IMG/VR virus record: IMGVR_UViG_3300027973_000043
Span: 1-64,000 of that record
DNA: 64,000 bases
Direction: 5' to 3' (one strand)
Source: a virus
Both the position numbers and the translations under genes were made by a program. How positions within the stretch are numbered: the stretch's first letter is position 1; each line of letters begins with the position of its first letter. The notes beneath the pieces are model-generated. The model was not told the origin of the DNA, made no database searches, and saw only the letters and a list, made by a program, of their open reading frames with translations. This document shows, in pieces, positions 20,704 through 30,503 of the stretch.

Positions 20704-21327
20704 ATGACTATTAACCAAGTTTGGACTGAAAAGTATCGCCCACAAAACATTGAAGACGTTATTTTAAATGACAAAGAAAAAGAGTATTTCTCTTCTCTTA
20801 AAGAAGTTCCAAATAATCTTCTTCTTGTAGGAAGTCCAGGCATCGGGAAGAGTACAATTGCAAAGATTCTTGCTAAAAAGTTTTCACCAAATTCTTACAT
20901 GTATATTAATGCATCTGAACAAGGTAACATTGATACAGTAAGAAACTTGATTAGTGAATTTATATCTGTAATGAGTATTGACGGCAATCAAAAAATTGTT
21001 ATTTTAGATGAATGTTTGGAAGAAAATACTCTAGTTTCAATTCTAAAAGATGGGTCTGAACAAAAAATTCCCATTAAAGATGTTGACCCTGATAATGATT
21101 TGGTGAAGACGTATAATTTCGATTTATCTCGAATTGAATATAGACCGTTTTTTAAGATTGATAAAGGGGTTCAAGAAGTTTATGAAGTAGAATTTGAAAA
21201 CGGAGAGTTTATTGTTTGTACAGAAGATCATAAATGGTACGTAGAAGACTCTATGACAGGAGAAATCACAAGAAAAAAATTAAAAGATATTATTTCTAAT
21301 AATATTTTGGAAATTCTTACAGTTTGA
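20704..21327 (+). CDS. Clamp loader AAA+ subunit (gp44/RFC-like) N-extein fused to the N-part of a split intein
   Basis: WTEKYRP, Walker A GSPGIGKS, VILDE then CLEENTLV (intein block A) ... CTEDHKW (block B); intein part 21013..21324. Confidence 0.92.
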   Translation: MTINQVWTEKYRPQNIEDVILNDKEKEYFSSLKEVPNNLLLVGSPGIGKSTIAKILAKKFSPNSYMYINASEQGNIDTVRNLISEFISVMSIDGNQKIVILDECLEENTLVSILKDGSEQKIPIKDVDPDNDLVKTYNFDLSRIEYRPFFKIDKGVQEVYEVEFENGEFIVCTEDHKWYVEDSMTGEITRKKLKDIISNNILEILTV

Positions 21328-21362
21328 CGGAATATATATACTTGCTCATATAAATAATATAT

Positions 21363-22283
21363 ATGGGCGGAAATACATTACGAAGGCAAAATTATACTAA
21401 AGAAGAAATCGAAAATTTTTATAATTTATATAAAAACAAAAATATAGAATTTTATAACCCTATTACTGGAAAAATATTAAAAAATAAAATAGCTTGGAAA
21501 GCTAGTCTTTCTGTAAAGATGTTTCCTGATTGTCTTCGTTATTTTTTATATCTAGACCATTCACCAGCATATAGTGAATATTCGGGGGAAAGATTGACAT
21601 TTGAAGATTTTAATTTAAAGAGAGGCTTTTGTAGATTTTCTAAAGACGAGATAGATAAGAAAGTATGGACTAAAAACTATATTACTTCTGAAAAAACAAA
21701 ATCTCTTTTATCTAAAAGAATTAAAGAGATTATGGATTCTGAACAGGGTATAGAAATAAGGAAAAAAATGACTGTTTCCCATAAAAAATTCAATAATTCA
21801 GAAAGGGGAAAGCAGATACAAAAAGAAAAAGCTAAAAAACAATCAGATTATCTCAAAAAACAAATATTAGAAGGTAAATTTACACCAAACGTTACAAATA
21901 CATGGACACATTGGAATGCTCAAATTACTATAGATGATAATATTTATAAATTTAGAAGTTCATGGGAAGCGTGCTTTTGGTTCTGTAATCAGCAGTTATT
22001 ATACGAAAACATCAGAATCAGAAACGGAGACCGAGTTTATGTTAATGATTTTTATGATGAAAAAAATAGAATTTTATATGAGATAAAACCAGTATCTCAA
22101 TTTAACAAAGAGATCGAAAAAATAAACACTTTTATAAATTATTGTTTGAGTAATAATATGAAATTTATATGGATAAATGAGAATAATATACATAATTTTT
22201 TAAATATTAATTTAATAAACAATAACGAATCTGCTAAAGAACAATACAAAAAGGTACAAAAATATGCAAAAATTAAGAATTAA
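21363..22283 (+). CDS. Free-standing PD-(D/E)XK-type endonuclease between the intein halves
   Basis: FRSSWE ... YE ... NDFY ... YEIKP; basic NUMOD-like central region; TATAAATA upstream. Confidence 0.7.
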   Translation: MGGNTLRRQNYTKEEIENFYNLYKNKNIEFYNPITGKILKNKIAWKASLSVKMFPDCLRYFLYLDHSPAYSEYSGERLTFEDFNLKRGFCRFSKDEIDKKVWTKNYITSEKTKSLLSKRIKEIMDSEQGIEIRKKMTVSHKKFNNSERGKQIQKEKAKKQSDYLKKQILEGKFTPNVTNTWTHWNAQITIDDNIYKFRSSWEACFWFCNQQLLYENIRIRNGDRVYVNDFYDEKNRILYEIKPVSQFNKEIEKINTFINYCLSNNMKFIWINENNIHNFLNINLINNNESAKEQYKKVQKYAKIKN

Positions 22284-22980
22284 GAATATCAAAAAACTCG
22301 AAACACTATCACATGTATATGATTTGAGTGTAGGCGGAACCCATAATTTTTTCGTCGGACAAACAGGAATTATGACAAGTAATTGTGATGGCATGTCGAT
22401 GACGGCACAGCAAGCTCTTCGTTCAGTTATGGAAGATTATCTTGACTCTGTTAAGTTTATTCTTACAGCAAATTATCGAAACAAACTTATTGAAGCATTA
22501 CGTTCTCGTTGTCAAGAGTTTACTTTTACTTGTTCAGAAAAGCAAGTATTGCAAAGAATCGTAAATATTCTCAAATCTGAGAAAGTTTTGGTTCAAAAAG
22601 AAAATCTTGAGAACATTAGAGGTCTTGTAAAAGATCTTTTCCCTGATATTCGTAAAACAATCAACGAGTTGCAACGATGCTGCATCTCAGGAACATTCAT
22701 TTATAGCAAGCAGTTAGGAAATGATTTTGCCAGAGAGATTAAAGAAAATCTGAAAGAGGGTAAAGACGTTTTCCAGATTCGTCAAAAGATTGTAGATGAA
22801 AGTGACAAGTTCGGAAATGATTATCATAGTCTTATGAAAGACTTGTTCCACTTGTATGTAAGAGAGTGTAATAGTATTGCAAGTATTCTTATCAGCGAGT
22901 ATATGTATCGACATTCTTTTGTAATGGACCCAGAAGTTAATTTCTCTGCACTATTATTCAATTTAAAAAGTAAACTCTGA
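22264..22980 (+). CDS. C-part of the split intein (40 aa) fused to the clamp loader C-extein
   Basis: VYDLSV..THNFF ... TSN|CDG..AQQALR; FILTANY, LRSRC and PDIRKTIN motifs. Confidence 0.92.
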   Translation: MQKLRIKNIKKLETLSHVYDLSVGGTHNFFVGQTGIMTSNCDGMSMTAQQALRSVMEDYLDSVKFILTANYRNKLIEALRSRCQEFTFTCSEKQVLQRIVNILKSEKVLVQKENLENIRGLVKDLFPDIRKTINELQRCCISGTFIYSKQLGNDFAREIKENLKEGKDVFQIRQKIVDESDKFGNDYHSLMKDLFHLYVRECNSIASILISEYMYRHSFVMDPEVNFSALLFNLKSKL

Positions 22981-23024
22981 TTAAAATGAAAGAAAAGAGT
23001 TATTTGGTAAGTATGTTATCAGGT

Positions 23025-24746
23025 ATGCAAAAAATCTTAGTCATTTTAATGTTCTCTCTCTTTTCGGTATCTGCTTTTGCAACAAATGAATTAGACGGCG
23101 TTTTAAGAACTTATTACGTTAAAAATACAGTTAAAGGTAATGCAAAATTAACAGATGAATATACTTGGATTAAACGTGTTTATGTTGATCTGGCAGGAAG
23201 AATTCCTACATATAATGAAATTGATACGTTTATAAAAGATAAAGATTCTCAGAAAAAAGAAAAGACTGTTGATAAAATATTGTTGTCTGAGGATTATGTT
23301 AATAATTATTATAATTTTTGGGCTGATATTTTTCGTATCAGACCTGAAAGACTTGCTGATGATGTAGCACTCTTAAAGTCATATCCTTACATAGATTATG
23401 TAAAATCATTTGTAAGAAACGACAAATCCTACAAAGATTTTGTTTATTCTTTACTTTCTGCGGATGGTAAATTCTCTGACAATGGTGCTGCTGGATATAT
23501 GCTTCGTGACAATGGTATGCCTCTTGACAATCTTGCTACAAGTTTACAGCTTTTTATAGGCAAAGACTTAGCTTGTGCGCAGTGTCACGATGATCCATTT
23601 CAAGACTATACTCAAATGCAGTTTTATCAAATGGCATCTTTTTTTAACTCTTTAGATACAAGAGAAAGAAGAAAAGAATATAATGATATTATTAAAAAAG
23701 TAGATAACGAGATTAAAGAGATTACAAAAAAAGACCGTATAGACAATAATGTTCGTCAATTATTATCAGCAAATCTTTTTAATTTAAAAGATGATGATAA
23801 TAAAACATTAAAACTTCCTCATGATTATAGGTATAAAGATGCAAAACCTTTTGACGTTGTTGAACCAAATACACTTGACAGCAAATTTAAAAGTATAAAA
23901 GAAAATAAAAGAGATGTTGCTTCTAAATGGATTGTTGAACACGAAGACTTTACACACTCTATTTCAAATAGAGTGTGGGCGAATATTGTAGGAAAAGCAC
24001 TTATAGTTCCTGAAACAAACTTTATTTTATCAGATTATCCAGAAGGTGAAGTGTTAACTTTTCTTGGAGATTATTTCAAACAACATAACTACAGCATTAA
24101 AAGTCTTCTTCGTCTTATATCAACCAGTGACTTTTATAACAGAGAAGCATATACTGGAAAAGATGAAAGTTATGCTTATCAATCTATACTTGTAAAAAGA
24201 ATGAATGCATACCAGATTTGGGACAGCATTTTAACTCTTGTAGTTCCTGATGTAAATTATAGTCGTTTTTCTTTTTCTGAATATTCTAATCTTGTAAAAA
24301 TTGATTGGAAAGATATTAATGGAAAATATCTTCTTCAAAAAGTTGAAGACCTTCGAAACTATGATCGTCTAATTAATCAAAAATTTTTAAAATATAAAAA
24401 TATAGATTTGGTGCGTGCATCATATCTTATGAATCGTAACTCTTTTGTAGGTCAATTTTTAAAAGAATATGGCAGTAGTGATCGTGTTCTTATTGACTCA
24501 AGTAATGACAAAGGTAGTATAACACAAGTTTTAACTATTATGAATTCACCAATCGTTGAACTTTTAATAGATAAAAAAAGTCAAATTTATCAAAACTTCT
24601 CAAAAGATAAACAAAAGGACAGCTTGTTTTTAAGTATACTAAGTCGTCCTAGTAAAGTTGACGAAAGAGTAATTTTATCAAAAACTCAAACAGATGATCT
24701 TGTATGGGCTTTGATTAACTCAAGAGAATTTTTATTTAGAAAATAA
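23025..24746 (+). CDS. DUF1549/DUF1553 (PSD1-type) protein with signal peptide and CxxCH
   Basis: KRVYVDLAGRIPT, CAQCHDDPF, NRVWANIVG and DLVWALINSREF motifs; signal peptide ending AFA. Confidence 0.88.
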   Translation: MQKILVILMFSLFSVSAFATNELDGVLRTYYVKNTVKGNAKLTDEYTWIKRVYVDLAGRIPTYNEIDTFIKDKDSQKKEKTVDKILLSEDYVNNYYNFWADIFRIRPERLADDVALLKSYPYIDYVKSFVRNDKSYKDFVYSLLSADGKFSDNGAAGYMLRDNGMPLDNLATSLQLFIGKDLACAQCHDDPFQDYTQMQFYQMASFFNSLDTRERRKEYNDIIKKVDNEIKEITKKDRIDNNVRQLLSANLFNLKDDDNKTLKLPHDYRYKDAKPFDVVEPNTLDSKFKSIKENKRDVASKWIVEHEDFTHSISNRVWANIVGKALIVPETNFILSDYPEGEVLTFLGDYFKQHNYSIKSLLRLISTSDFYNREAYTGKDESYAYQSILVKRMNAYQIWDSILTLVVPDVNYSRFSFSEYSNLVKIDWKDINGKYLLQKVEDLRNYDRLINQKFLKYKNIDLVRASYLMNRNSFVGQFLKEYGSSDRVLIDSSNDKGSITQVLTIMNSPIVELLIDKKSQIYQNFSKDKQKDSLFLSILSRPSKVDERVILSKTQTDDLVWALINSREFLFRK

Positions 24747-24880
24747 TATGGAAGAAATATTAATACTTCAAGAAGAAGAAAACGCAAGAAAAGAAAAAAG
24801 ATTTTACGATTCTATTGTAGCTGCATCAAGTTACATAGAAAATAATAAATCTAAAAATATTGAAGATATAGAACAAAATT

Positions 24881-26173
24881 ATGGAAAAAAACCTCAACCT
24901 CAGTTGCTCTCTTGGTAGAAGAGATTTCATCGAAAAACTCGCATACACAACATTTGGTGTTAGTGTATTAAGTACTCCTTCTTTAGCAGAAAATGTTTCT
25001 TCTGCTTTTTTCGGCAAAGCTAAACACATTATTTACATTTATAACAATGGTGGTATGAGTCATTTAGATTCATTTGATCCTAAAGGTGAAAATGTAATGG
25101 GTGGCGTTAAAAGTGTTCAAACAAGTGGAGACTTTCAAGTTTCTGAATATTTCAAAGAATTAGCAAAGCACGGTGACAAGTTTTCTCTATTAAGAGGAAT
25201 GACATCTAAAACAGGCGCACACTCACAAGGTCAATATCTTATGAGAACTTCTTATAATAAAAACGGTTTAACAATTCACCCTGCAATGGGTGCAATAAGC
25301 TCATATCTATTAGGCAAAAGTCATGATAGCATTCCTGATAATATTCTTATCTCTGGTGATAATGATCATCCAAGAGAAGGTTATCTAGATAAAAAATTTA
25401 CTCCTCTTCCTATTATAAATCCAAACGAAGGACTTCGTTTTAGTAAATTGTCTGTTAGTGAAAGTGGTCTTAACAATAGACTCAGCGTGTTAAATGCTCT
25501 TGACAGAAATTTCCGAGAAGGCTATGGAGTAAAGGATGTTAATTCGTATAATGTTCTTTATGATGAAACTCTTAAACTTTTAAAAAGTGAAGACTTAGAC
25601 TCTTTTGATCTTACCAAAGAAACCCCTGAAAATCGTGACCGTTATGGACGTAGCAACTTTGGTCAAGGTTGCCTTCTTGCTAAACGCTTAATCTCTCGCG
25701 GAGTGCGTTACATAGAGATTGGTGACGGTGGCTGGGACATGCACAATGACATTAGCACAGCAATGACTAACAAAGCAGAATACTATGATAAAGCATTAGC
25801 TTCTCTTTTTAGTGATTTAAGTGAAAGTGGATTATTAAAAGAAACTCTTGTTGTAATTGCAACAGAGTTTGGTAGAACAATAGATTCTAAAAACGAGAAT
25901 AATTTACTTGGTTTAAATAAAAATGAAGGTCGTGACCATCATCCAAGTGCTTTTTCATGCCTAATTGGTGGATGTGGTCTTGGTGGTAAGGTTGTTGGTA
26001 AAACCGACGAGAATGGAAGTAAGGTTGTAGAACGTCCAACTGAAATTGGAGAACTTAATGCAACGATTGGGTATCTTCTTGGGATTAAACATGATCACGT
26101 ATGGATGAGTCCAAGTAACCGACCATTCACAGTTGGTAATAAATCTGAACCTATAAAAGAATTAATAGGATAA
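24881..26173 (+). CDS. Second DUF1501-family protein with a Tat-like signal
   Basis: GRRDFIEK; GGMSHLDSFDPK, GWDMH, TEFGRT and GRDHHP motifs. Confidence 0.9.
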   Translation: MEKNLNLSCSLGRRDFIEKLAYTTFGVSVLSTPSLAENVSSAFFGKAKHIIYIYNNGGMSHLDSFDPKGENVMGGVKSVQTSGDFQVSEYFKELAKHGDKFSLLRGMTSKTGAHSQGQYLMRTSYNKNGLTIHPAMGAISSYLLGKSHDSIPDNILISGDNDHPREGYLDKKFTPLPIINPNEGLRFSKLSVSESGLNNRLSVLNALDRNFREGYGVKDVNSYNVLYDETLKLLKSEDLDSFDLTKETPENRDRYGRSNFGQGCLLAKRLISRGVRYIEIGDGGWDMHNDISTAMTNKAEYYDKALASLFSDLSESGLLKETLVVIATEFGRTIDSKNENNLLGLNKNEGRDHHPSAFSCLIGGCGLGGKVVGKTDENGSKVVERPTEIGELNATIGYLLGIKHDHVWMSPSNRPFTVGNKSEPIKELIG

Positions 26174-26176
26174 AAA

Positions 26177-26206
26177 AGAAAACCCACTCAATTGAGTGGG
26201 TTTTTT
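26177..26206. terminator. Bidirectional intrinsic terminator
   Basis: AAAACCCACTC-AATT-GAGTGGGTTTTTT between convergent genes. Confidence 0.85.
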
Positions 26207-26207
26207 A

Positions 26208-26699
26208 TTAAATTAATTTTTGTACATCATCATCCCAAACATCACCTTCAACAGATTTTAAGGTTTGGTATTTAGGTGAATAAACATCTACTGATACTGT
26301 TGATATATTATAATTATCTATTATTTTTGTGATTGCTCTTTTTTGTGCATATGTAGGTTTTCTTACATATGATAATACTAAGAGATCAGTATTAATCCTA
26401 GCCCATCTTATTGCTCCAGCTTCGCTCATAAAATGAATCATATATTTACTTGAACCTAAGTTGTTTTCTTCAATTTCTATTTCTTGTAAAGATGGGTATT
26501 CGTCACTATCTGGAAAGTATGCAAAGTTTATTTCTCGATGATCTTGTCCAGAACCTAAGTTTAAAAAACTACCATCTTGGTAAATATATCCACGAATATT
26601 AGGTTCATCGTCCGAACCGAATATTTCTCTTGCATTATTTTCTGCTAGTCTTCCTTCAATACTTTCTTTTACTAAATCGTATAGTTCTTTAAAATTCAT
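26208..26699 (-). CDS. Hypothetical protein with a capsid-targeting-like leader
   Basis: Start reassigned to MNFKELYDLVKE; GYIYQDGSFL ... DHREI. Confidence 0.6.
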   Translation of the reverse strand: MNFKELYDLVKESIEGRLAENNAREIFGSDDEPNIRGYIYQDGSFLNLGSGQDHREINFAYFPDSDEYPSLQEIEIEENNLGSSKYMIHFMSEAGAIRWARINTDLLVLSYVRKPTYAQKRAITKIIDNYNISTVSVDVYSPKYQTLKSVEGDVWDDDVQKLI

Positions 26700-26703
26700 A
26701 ACT

Positions 26704-27495
26704 TTATTGTACTTGTATTTTCCGAATAATTTCAGGGGTATATTTTTTAACCCATTCAAACCATTTTTCGTCTTCTACGTTTGGATTTTGTTTTATAGCA
26801 TTTATCAATTGTTGAGCTACTTGATTTGATAATATTTGTCCAAACGAAAGCTTTTTACCACTAGCATCAGGTTTATCCACACCATGATGGTGTGTTCTAT
26901 CTCCTTGGATTATACCGTTACTATTTAACCAATCTTTAACTATACTCTCAATCTGAGGTTTTAATTGTGCATCGTAATAATAAACTTTAAGACTATCATT
27001 ATGTGCTAAAAATACATCTAAAAGTCTATGGGTTTTATAACTTATAGGAACCCCACTATCATTTGATAATTTGGATAATGCAGCATCTAGTTGTCCAAGT
27101 TTACTCCAGAATTTAAGTATATTATTTTTATCTTTTGCGATGCTTATGTAATAATTATAAGTTCTGTCTCCGCTTTTTCTTGGTAAATTTTTATTTAAAT
27201 TTCTTTGACTCCAAACACCATCTGTATCAAAAACTTTTGATGAGAAATAATTTTTCCATTGGTCACTTTGCTCTTGAGTAAAACCTGTATTTCTGTGTGC
27301 GCCAACAGAACCTCCAACATCTCCTACAATTAGTTTATAAAAAGGATTATCATATTCTGTTAATGTTTTATTGCTTTTTATTTTTTGAATAAAGCTCATA
27401 ATCATAGATTTATGTCTTTCAAAATCAAAATTTTGTGATTCTGATAATACACATAATTTATTTTCGATTATATCGTAAAACTCGTTGAACTTCAT
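26704..27495 (-). CDS. Hypothetical protein with a capsid-targeting-like leader
   Basis: Start reassigned to MKFNEFY; TAAATA upstream. Confidence 0.6.
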   Translation of the reverse strand: MKFNEFYDIIENKLCVLSESQNFDFERHKSMIMSFIQKIKSNKTLTEYDNPFYKLIVGDVGGSVGAHRNTGFTQEQSDQWKNYFSSKVFDTDGVWSQRNLNKNLPRKSGDRTYNYYISIAKDKNNILKFWSKLGQLDAALSKLSNDSGVPISYKTHRLLDVFLAHNDSLKVYYYDAQLKPQIESIVKDWLNSNGIIQGDRTHHHGVDKPDASGKKLSFGQILSNQVAQQLINAIKQNPNVEDEKWFEWVKKYTPEIIRKIQVQ

Positions 27496-27499
27496 ATAG

Positions 27500-30025
27500 T
27501 TATTTAATATAGAAAAGAACAAATTTAGATTCTCCTGTATCAATTTCTGCTAATTTTGTCAAGTTATTACCACTTAAACGACTAGCTTTTCTAGCAGAGT
27601 CAAATAAACGTATAGTATCACTTAATCCGTTGAATGTTATATATTTGTATCCTCTATTACTAATACGATTTAATAATGTGTTTAACAACGGTTTTACATG
27701 TAAACGATAAGGTTTATCAACAACAAGATTAGAAACGTAAAATGTATTTTTTGGAGTACATATATTTTCTATTCCATTATTAATAACAGATTGTTCAAAT
27801 TTATCATCGAAAAAGGTAATTTCACTAGTGTCCACGTATTCTAGCATATTATATTCACTATTCACATCCATACGATAACCATAACCATAACCTACTAATT
27901 GGTTTGAGTCATCAAATATACCTTCTCCTATAAAACCGCTCATTGTTGAATCTCTAATTACTGAACTTGCATCTGCTGCATAGTCTGATGAGAAATTTCT
28001 ATCTTCAATACTGTTTATATTTGTTGAATTAGAACGAATTACATCTGTTGAGAGAGAATTTAGTGTTGCTTCTGTTAAACTTTGTTTGGCTTCTGTAAGA
28101 CTTTTATTAGAATACTTTGGAGGTTCTGCAATACTTTGTAATATAATAGGTGGAATAACTTGACCGTTTAATGATACATATTTGGCATAATCATAAGAAT
28201 ATTCTGGATTTTCTGCAATACTTTGTAATATAATAGGTGGAACATTTTGACCTTTTAATACATCTCTGGCATAAAGATAAGAATATTCTGGACCTTTTGC
28301 AATACTTTGTAATATAATAGGCGGAACATTTTGACCTTTTAATACATCTTTAGCATAATTATAAGAATAAGATGTATTTTCTGCAATACTTTGTTCTATA
28401 ATAGGCGGAACATTTTTTCCTTTTAATACATCTTTAGCATAATTATAAGAATAATATGTATTTTCTGCAATACCCTGTTCTATAATATCTGGAACATTTT
28501 GTCCTTTTAATACATCTTTAGCATAATTATAAGAATATTCTGGACTTGTTGCAATACTTTGTAATATAATAGGCGGAACATTTTTTCCTTTTAATACATA
28601 TTTGGCATAATTATAAGAATAATATATATTTTCTGCAATACTTTGTTCTATAATATCTGGAACATTTTGACCTTTTAATACCTCTTTAGCATAATAATAA
28701 GAATACGCTGGATCTTTTGCAATACCCTGTTCTATAATATCTGGAACATTTTGTCCTTTTTCTAATACATTTACAGCATAATCATAAGAATATTCTGGAC
28801 CTTTTGCAATACTTTGTAATATAATAGGTGGAACATTTTGTCCGTTTAATACATCTCTGGCATAAAGATAAGAATACTCTGGATCTTTTGCTATATTTTC
28901 AAAATATCTTTCCTTTTGTTTTTCAGAGAAATATTTTTCAGTCAAATCATAAGGAATAATTTTTTGTAATTCAGAAGCTAATAAAAGTAATTTTTCAAAA
29001 TCTTTATCATTTACATTTTTTTCAATTATATTCCAATTATCAGAGTCAAACTGATCTGTTTGAATATACATTTCATAATCTTCATATCCTGATAATTTAA
29101 CAAAACCAATGTCACCTTCATCAATAGATTGAAATCTTTTTTCTTTTTCACCGTATGGTATAAATTGAAATACATTTTGATTAAACGGTTTTTGTAACAT
29201 AGGAAATTTATTCTCTAATTCTTTTTCAGATATATTATATAAATCTTCAATCTGTTTTCCTGAAGGTTCTACAACAGTATATCCGAATGTATTACTACTA
29301 CCTTCTTCATTTCCCATTGCATCAATAACAATTAGTTCATTTTCTTTTCTATTTTTAGGTATAATGAAATATGTAGTCATTCCTAAATTTTGCATTTTAC
29401 CCATTCTATATTTCCAGTAATAATTACCAGACTTTGTAGAAATACAAAGATTAGTATTTCTTCCATAATAAATACATTTTTGTTTAGAATCTGCTTTAAA
29501 AATAGTTATACTATTATCTTCATAAACTTTATCTTCTTCTTCGTTCATTATTTTTCCACTAAATTCTTCTTTTTTTTGATAGCGATGAATAGTTTCTATT
29601 AATTTTATTGTTTTACTTTTAATTAATTCTAACTTTTCTGCCTTTTTATCAGGTTTGAATAATCCTTTGGATTTGATTTCGTTTTGTAAATTTATTACAT
29701 AATCTGATAATAATTTTTTACCCACAGATGTTTCTGAGTTTAGATAAGCAGAATATTCTCTTTTGATGTTTTCTATAGATAAACCGATATTTTCTCCAAC
29801 CATATACACATATGTTAGTGCAACAAGATCAGAATCTTTTTTAGCTTTTTCTCTACCTTCATCAACTCTTACATTATTATAAATATCTAAAATTTTATCA
29901 ACATCCTCTGGTGGTAAACCATTGTTATTAACTATTTTTGTTATTTGATTAACTGATGATGTATAATCTTCTGCAATAATAGTTTGTGGAAGAAAAACAT
30001 TGAAATAAAATTCCTTGAAAGTCAT
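27500..30025 (-). CDS. Multidomain protein: leader, nine 28-aa repeats, C-terminal GNAT-like domain
   Basis: MTFKEFY ... IIAE; repeats IAxxPEYSYxYAKDVLKGQNVPPIILQS; FYVSNLVVDKPYR. Confidence 0.7.
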   Translation of the reverse strand: MTFKEFYFNVFLPQTIIAEDYTSSVNQITKIVNNNGLPPEDVDKILDIYNNVRVDEGREKAKKDSDLVALTYVYMVGENIGLSIENIKREYSAYLNSETSVGKKLLSDYVINLQNEIKSKGLFKPDKKAEKLELIKSKTIKLIETIHRYQKKEEFSGKIMNEEEDKVYEDNSITIFKADSKQKCIYYGRNTNLCISTKSGNYYWKYRMGKMQNLGMTTYFIIPKNRKENELIVIDAMGNEEGSSNTFGYTVVEPSGKQIEDLYNISEKELENKFPMLQKPFNQNVFQFIPYGEKEKRFQSIDEGDIGFVKLSGYEDYEMYIQTDQFDSDNWNIIEKNVNDKDFEKLLLLASELQKIIPYDLTEKYFSEKQKERYFENIAKDPEYSYLYARDVLNGQNVPPIILQSIAKGPEYSYDYAVNVLEKGQNVPDIIEQGIAKDPAYSYYYAKEVLKGQNVPDIIEQSIAENIYYSYNYAKYVLKGKNVPPIILQSIATSPEYSYNYAKDVLKGQNVPDIIEQGIAENTYYSYNYAKDVLKGKNVPPIIEQSIAENTSYSYNYAKDVLKGQNVPPIILQSIAKGPEYSYLYARDVLKGQNVPPIILQSIAENPEYSYDYAKYVSLNGQVIPPIILQSIAEPPKYSNKSLTEAKQSLTEATLNSLSTDVIRSNSTNINSIEDRNFSSDYAADASSVIRDSTMSGFIGEGIFDDSNQLVGYGYGYRMDVNSEYNMLEYVDTSEITFFDDKFEQSVINNGIENICTPKNTFYVSNLVVDKPYRLHVKPLLNTLLNRISNRGYKYITFNGLSDTIRLFDSARKASRLSGNNLTKLAEIDTGESKFVLFYIK
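28111..28894 (-). repeat. Coding tandem repeat of about 84 bp, nine full units plus a partial unit
   Basis: Visible in both DNA and protein; two units have one extra codon. Confidence 0.95.
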
Positions 30026-30041
30026 ATTTCTATTTATTATT

Positions 30042-30479
30042 TTATAGCAACTCCTCTGATCTTAGATATATATCTTTTACTTTTGGACCATTGCTATAAT
30101 GACTTATCATATCATCGTCAGGACGCATTCTTGGGTTTATTTGTCTTGCTGCTCTGGCTATTTTAAGTGCATCTTGTCTAGACAAGAATCTTCCTTTGGA
30201 AGTGGTAAAACCATCTTCGAGAATATCGTTTATTATTGTATAACCATCTTTTTCGTCTTGAAGTTCTCTTATTCCATTTAAGAATTTATCGGTTATACTT
30301 TTAGGAAACCATCCCTTTTCCCATGCAGAGGTTTGTGCATCATAGTGAAAGGCTCCCTCTATTATTTCTCCTGTTTTTTTATTTCTAATAGCAGCACTTG
30401 AGATAGATTCTTCTGGCGTTATCTTTGCTCCAGTTATAGATAAATTTTCATATAATAAGAAGAACGTTTTAAATCTCAT
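30042..30479 (-). CDS. Phage hypothetical protein with leader
   Basis: MRFKTFFLLYE; GFTTSKGRFLSRQDA ... LRSEEL. Confidence 0.6.
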   Translation of the reverse strand: MRFKTFFLLYENLSITGAKITPEESISSAAIRNKKTGEIIEGAFHYDAQTSAWEKGWFPKSITDKFLNGIRELQDEKDGYTIINDILEDGFTTSKGRFLSRQDALKIARAARQINPRMRPDDDMISHYSNGPKVKDIYLRSEELL

Positions 30480-30503
30480 AATTTTGTTTATCCTGTAAAG
30501 TCT

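Noticed and set aside
20652-20843. Track-predicted N-terminal extension of the kinase
   Set aside because: It overlaps the clamp loader gene on the opposite strand; the better start is MKFKDFY at 20651 after TAAATA.
21327-22264. Group I intron interrupting the clamp loader
   Set aside because: Almost no non-coding sequence is available for a ribozyme core, and intein blocks on both sides explain the split.
17290-26173. DUF1501/DUF1549 genes as host contamination or a prophage boundary
   Set aside because: Their composition matches the phage genes and they are interleaved with the clamp loader, kinase and homing endonucleases.
26704-27495. HopA1-like effector fold
   Set aside because: Only a faint K ... 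D ... VY resemblance, too weak to call without a profile search.
28111-28894. CRISPR array or DGR template/variable repeat
   Set aside because: Units are in-frame coding repeats without unique spacers, variation is not adenine-specific, and no cas or reverse transcriptase gene is in the window.
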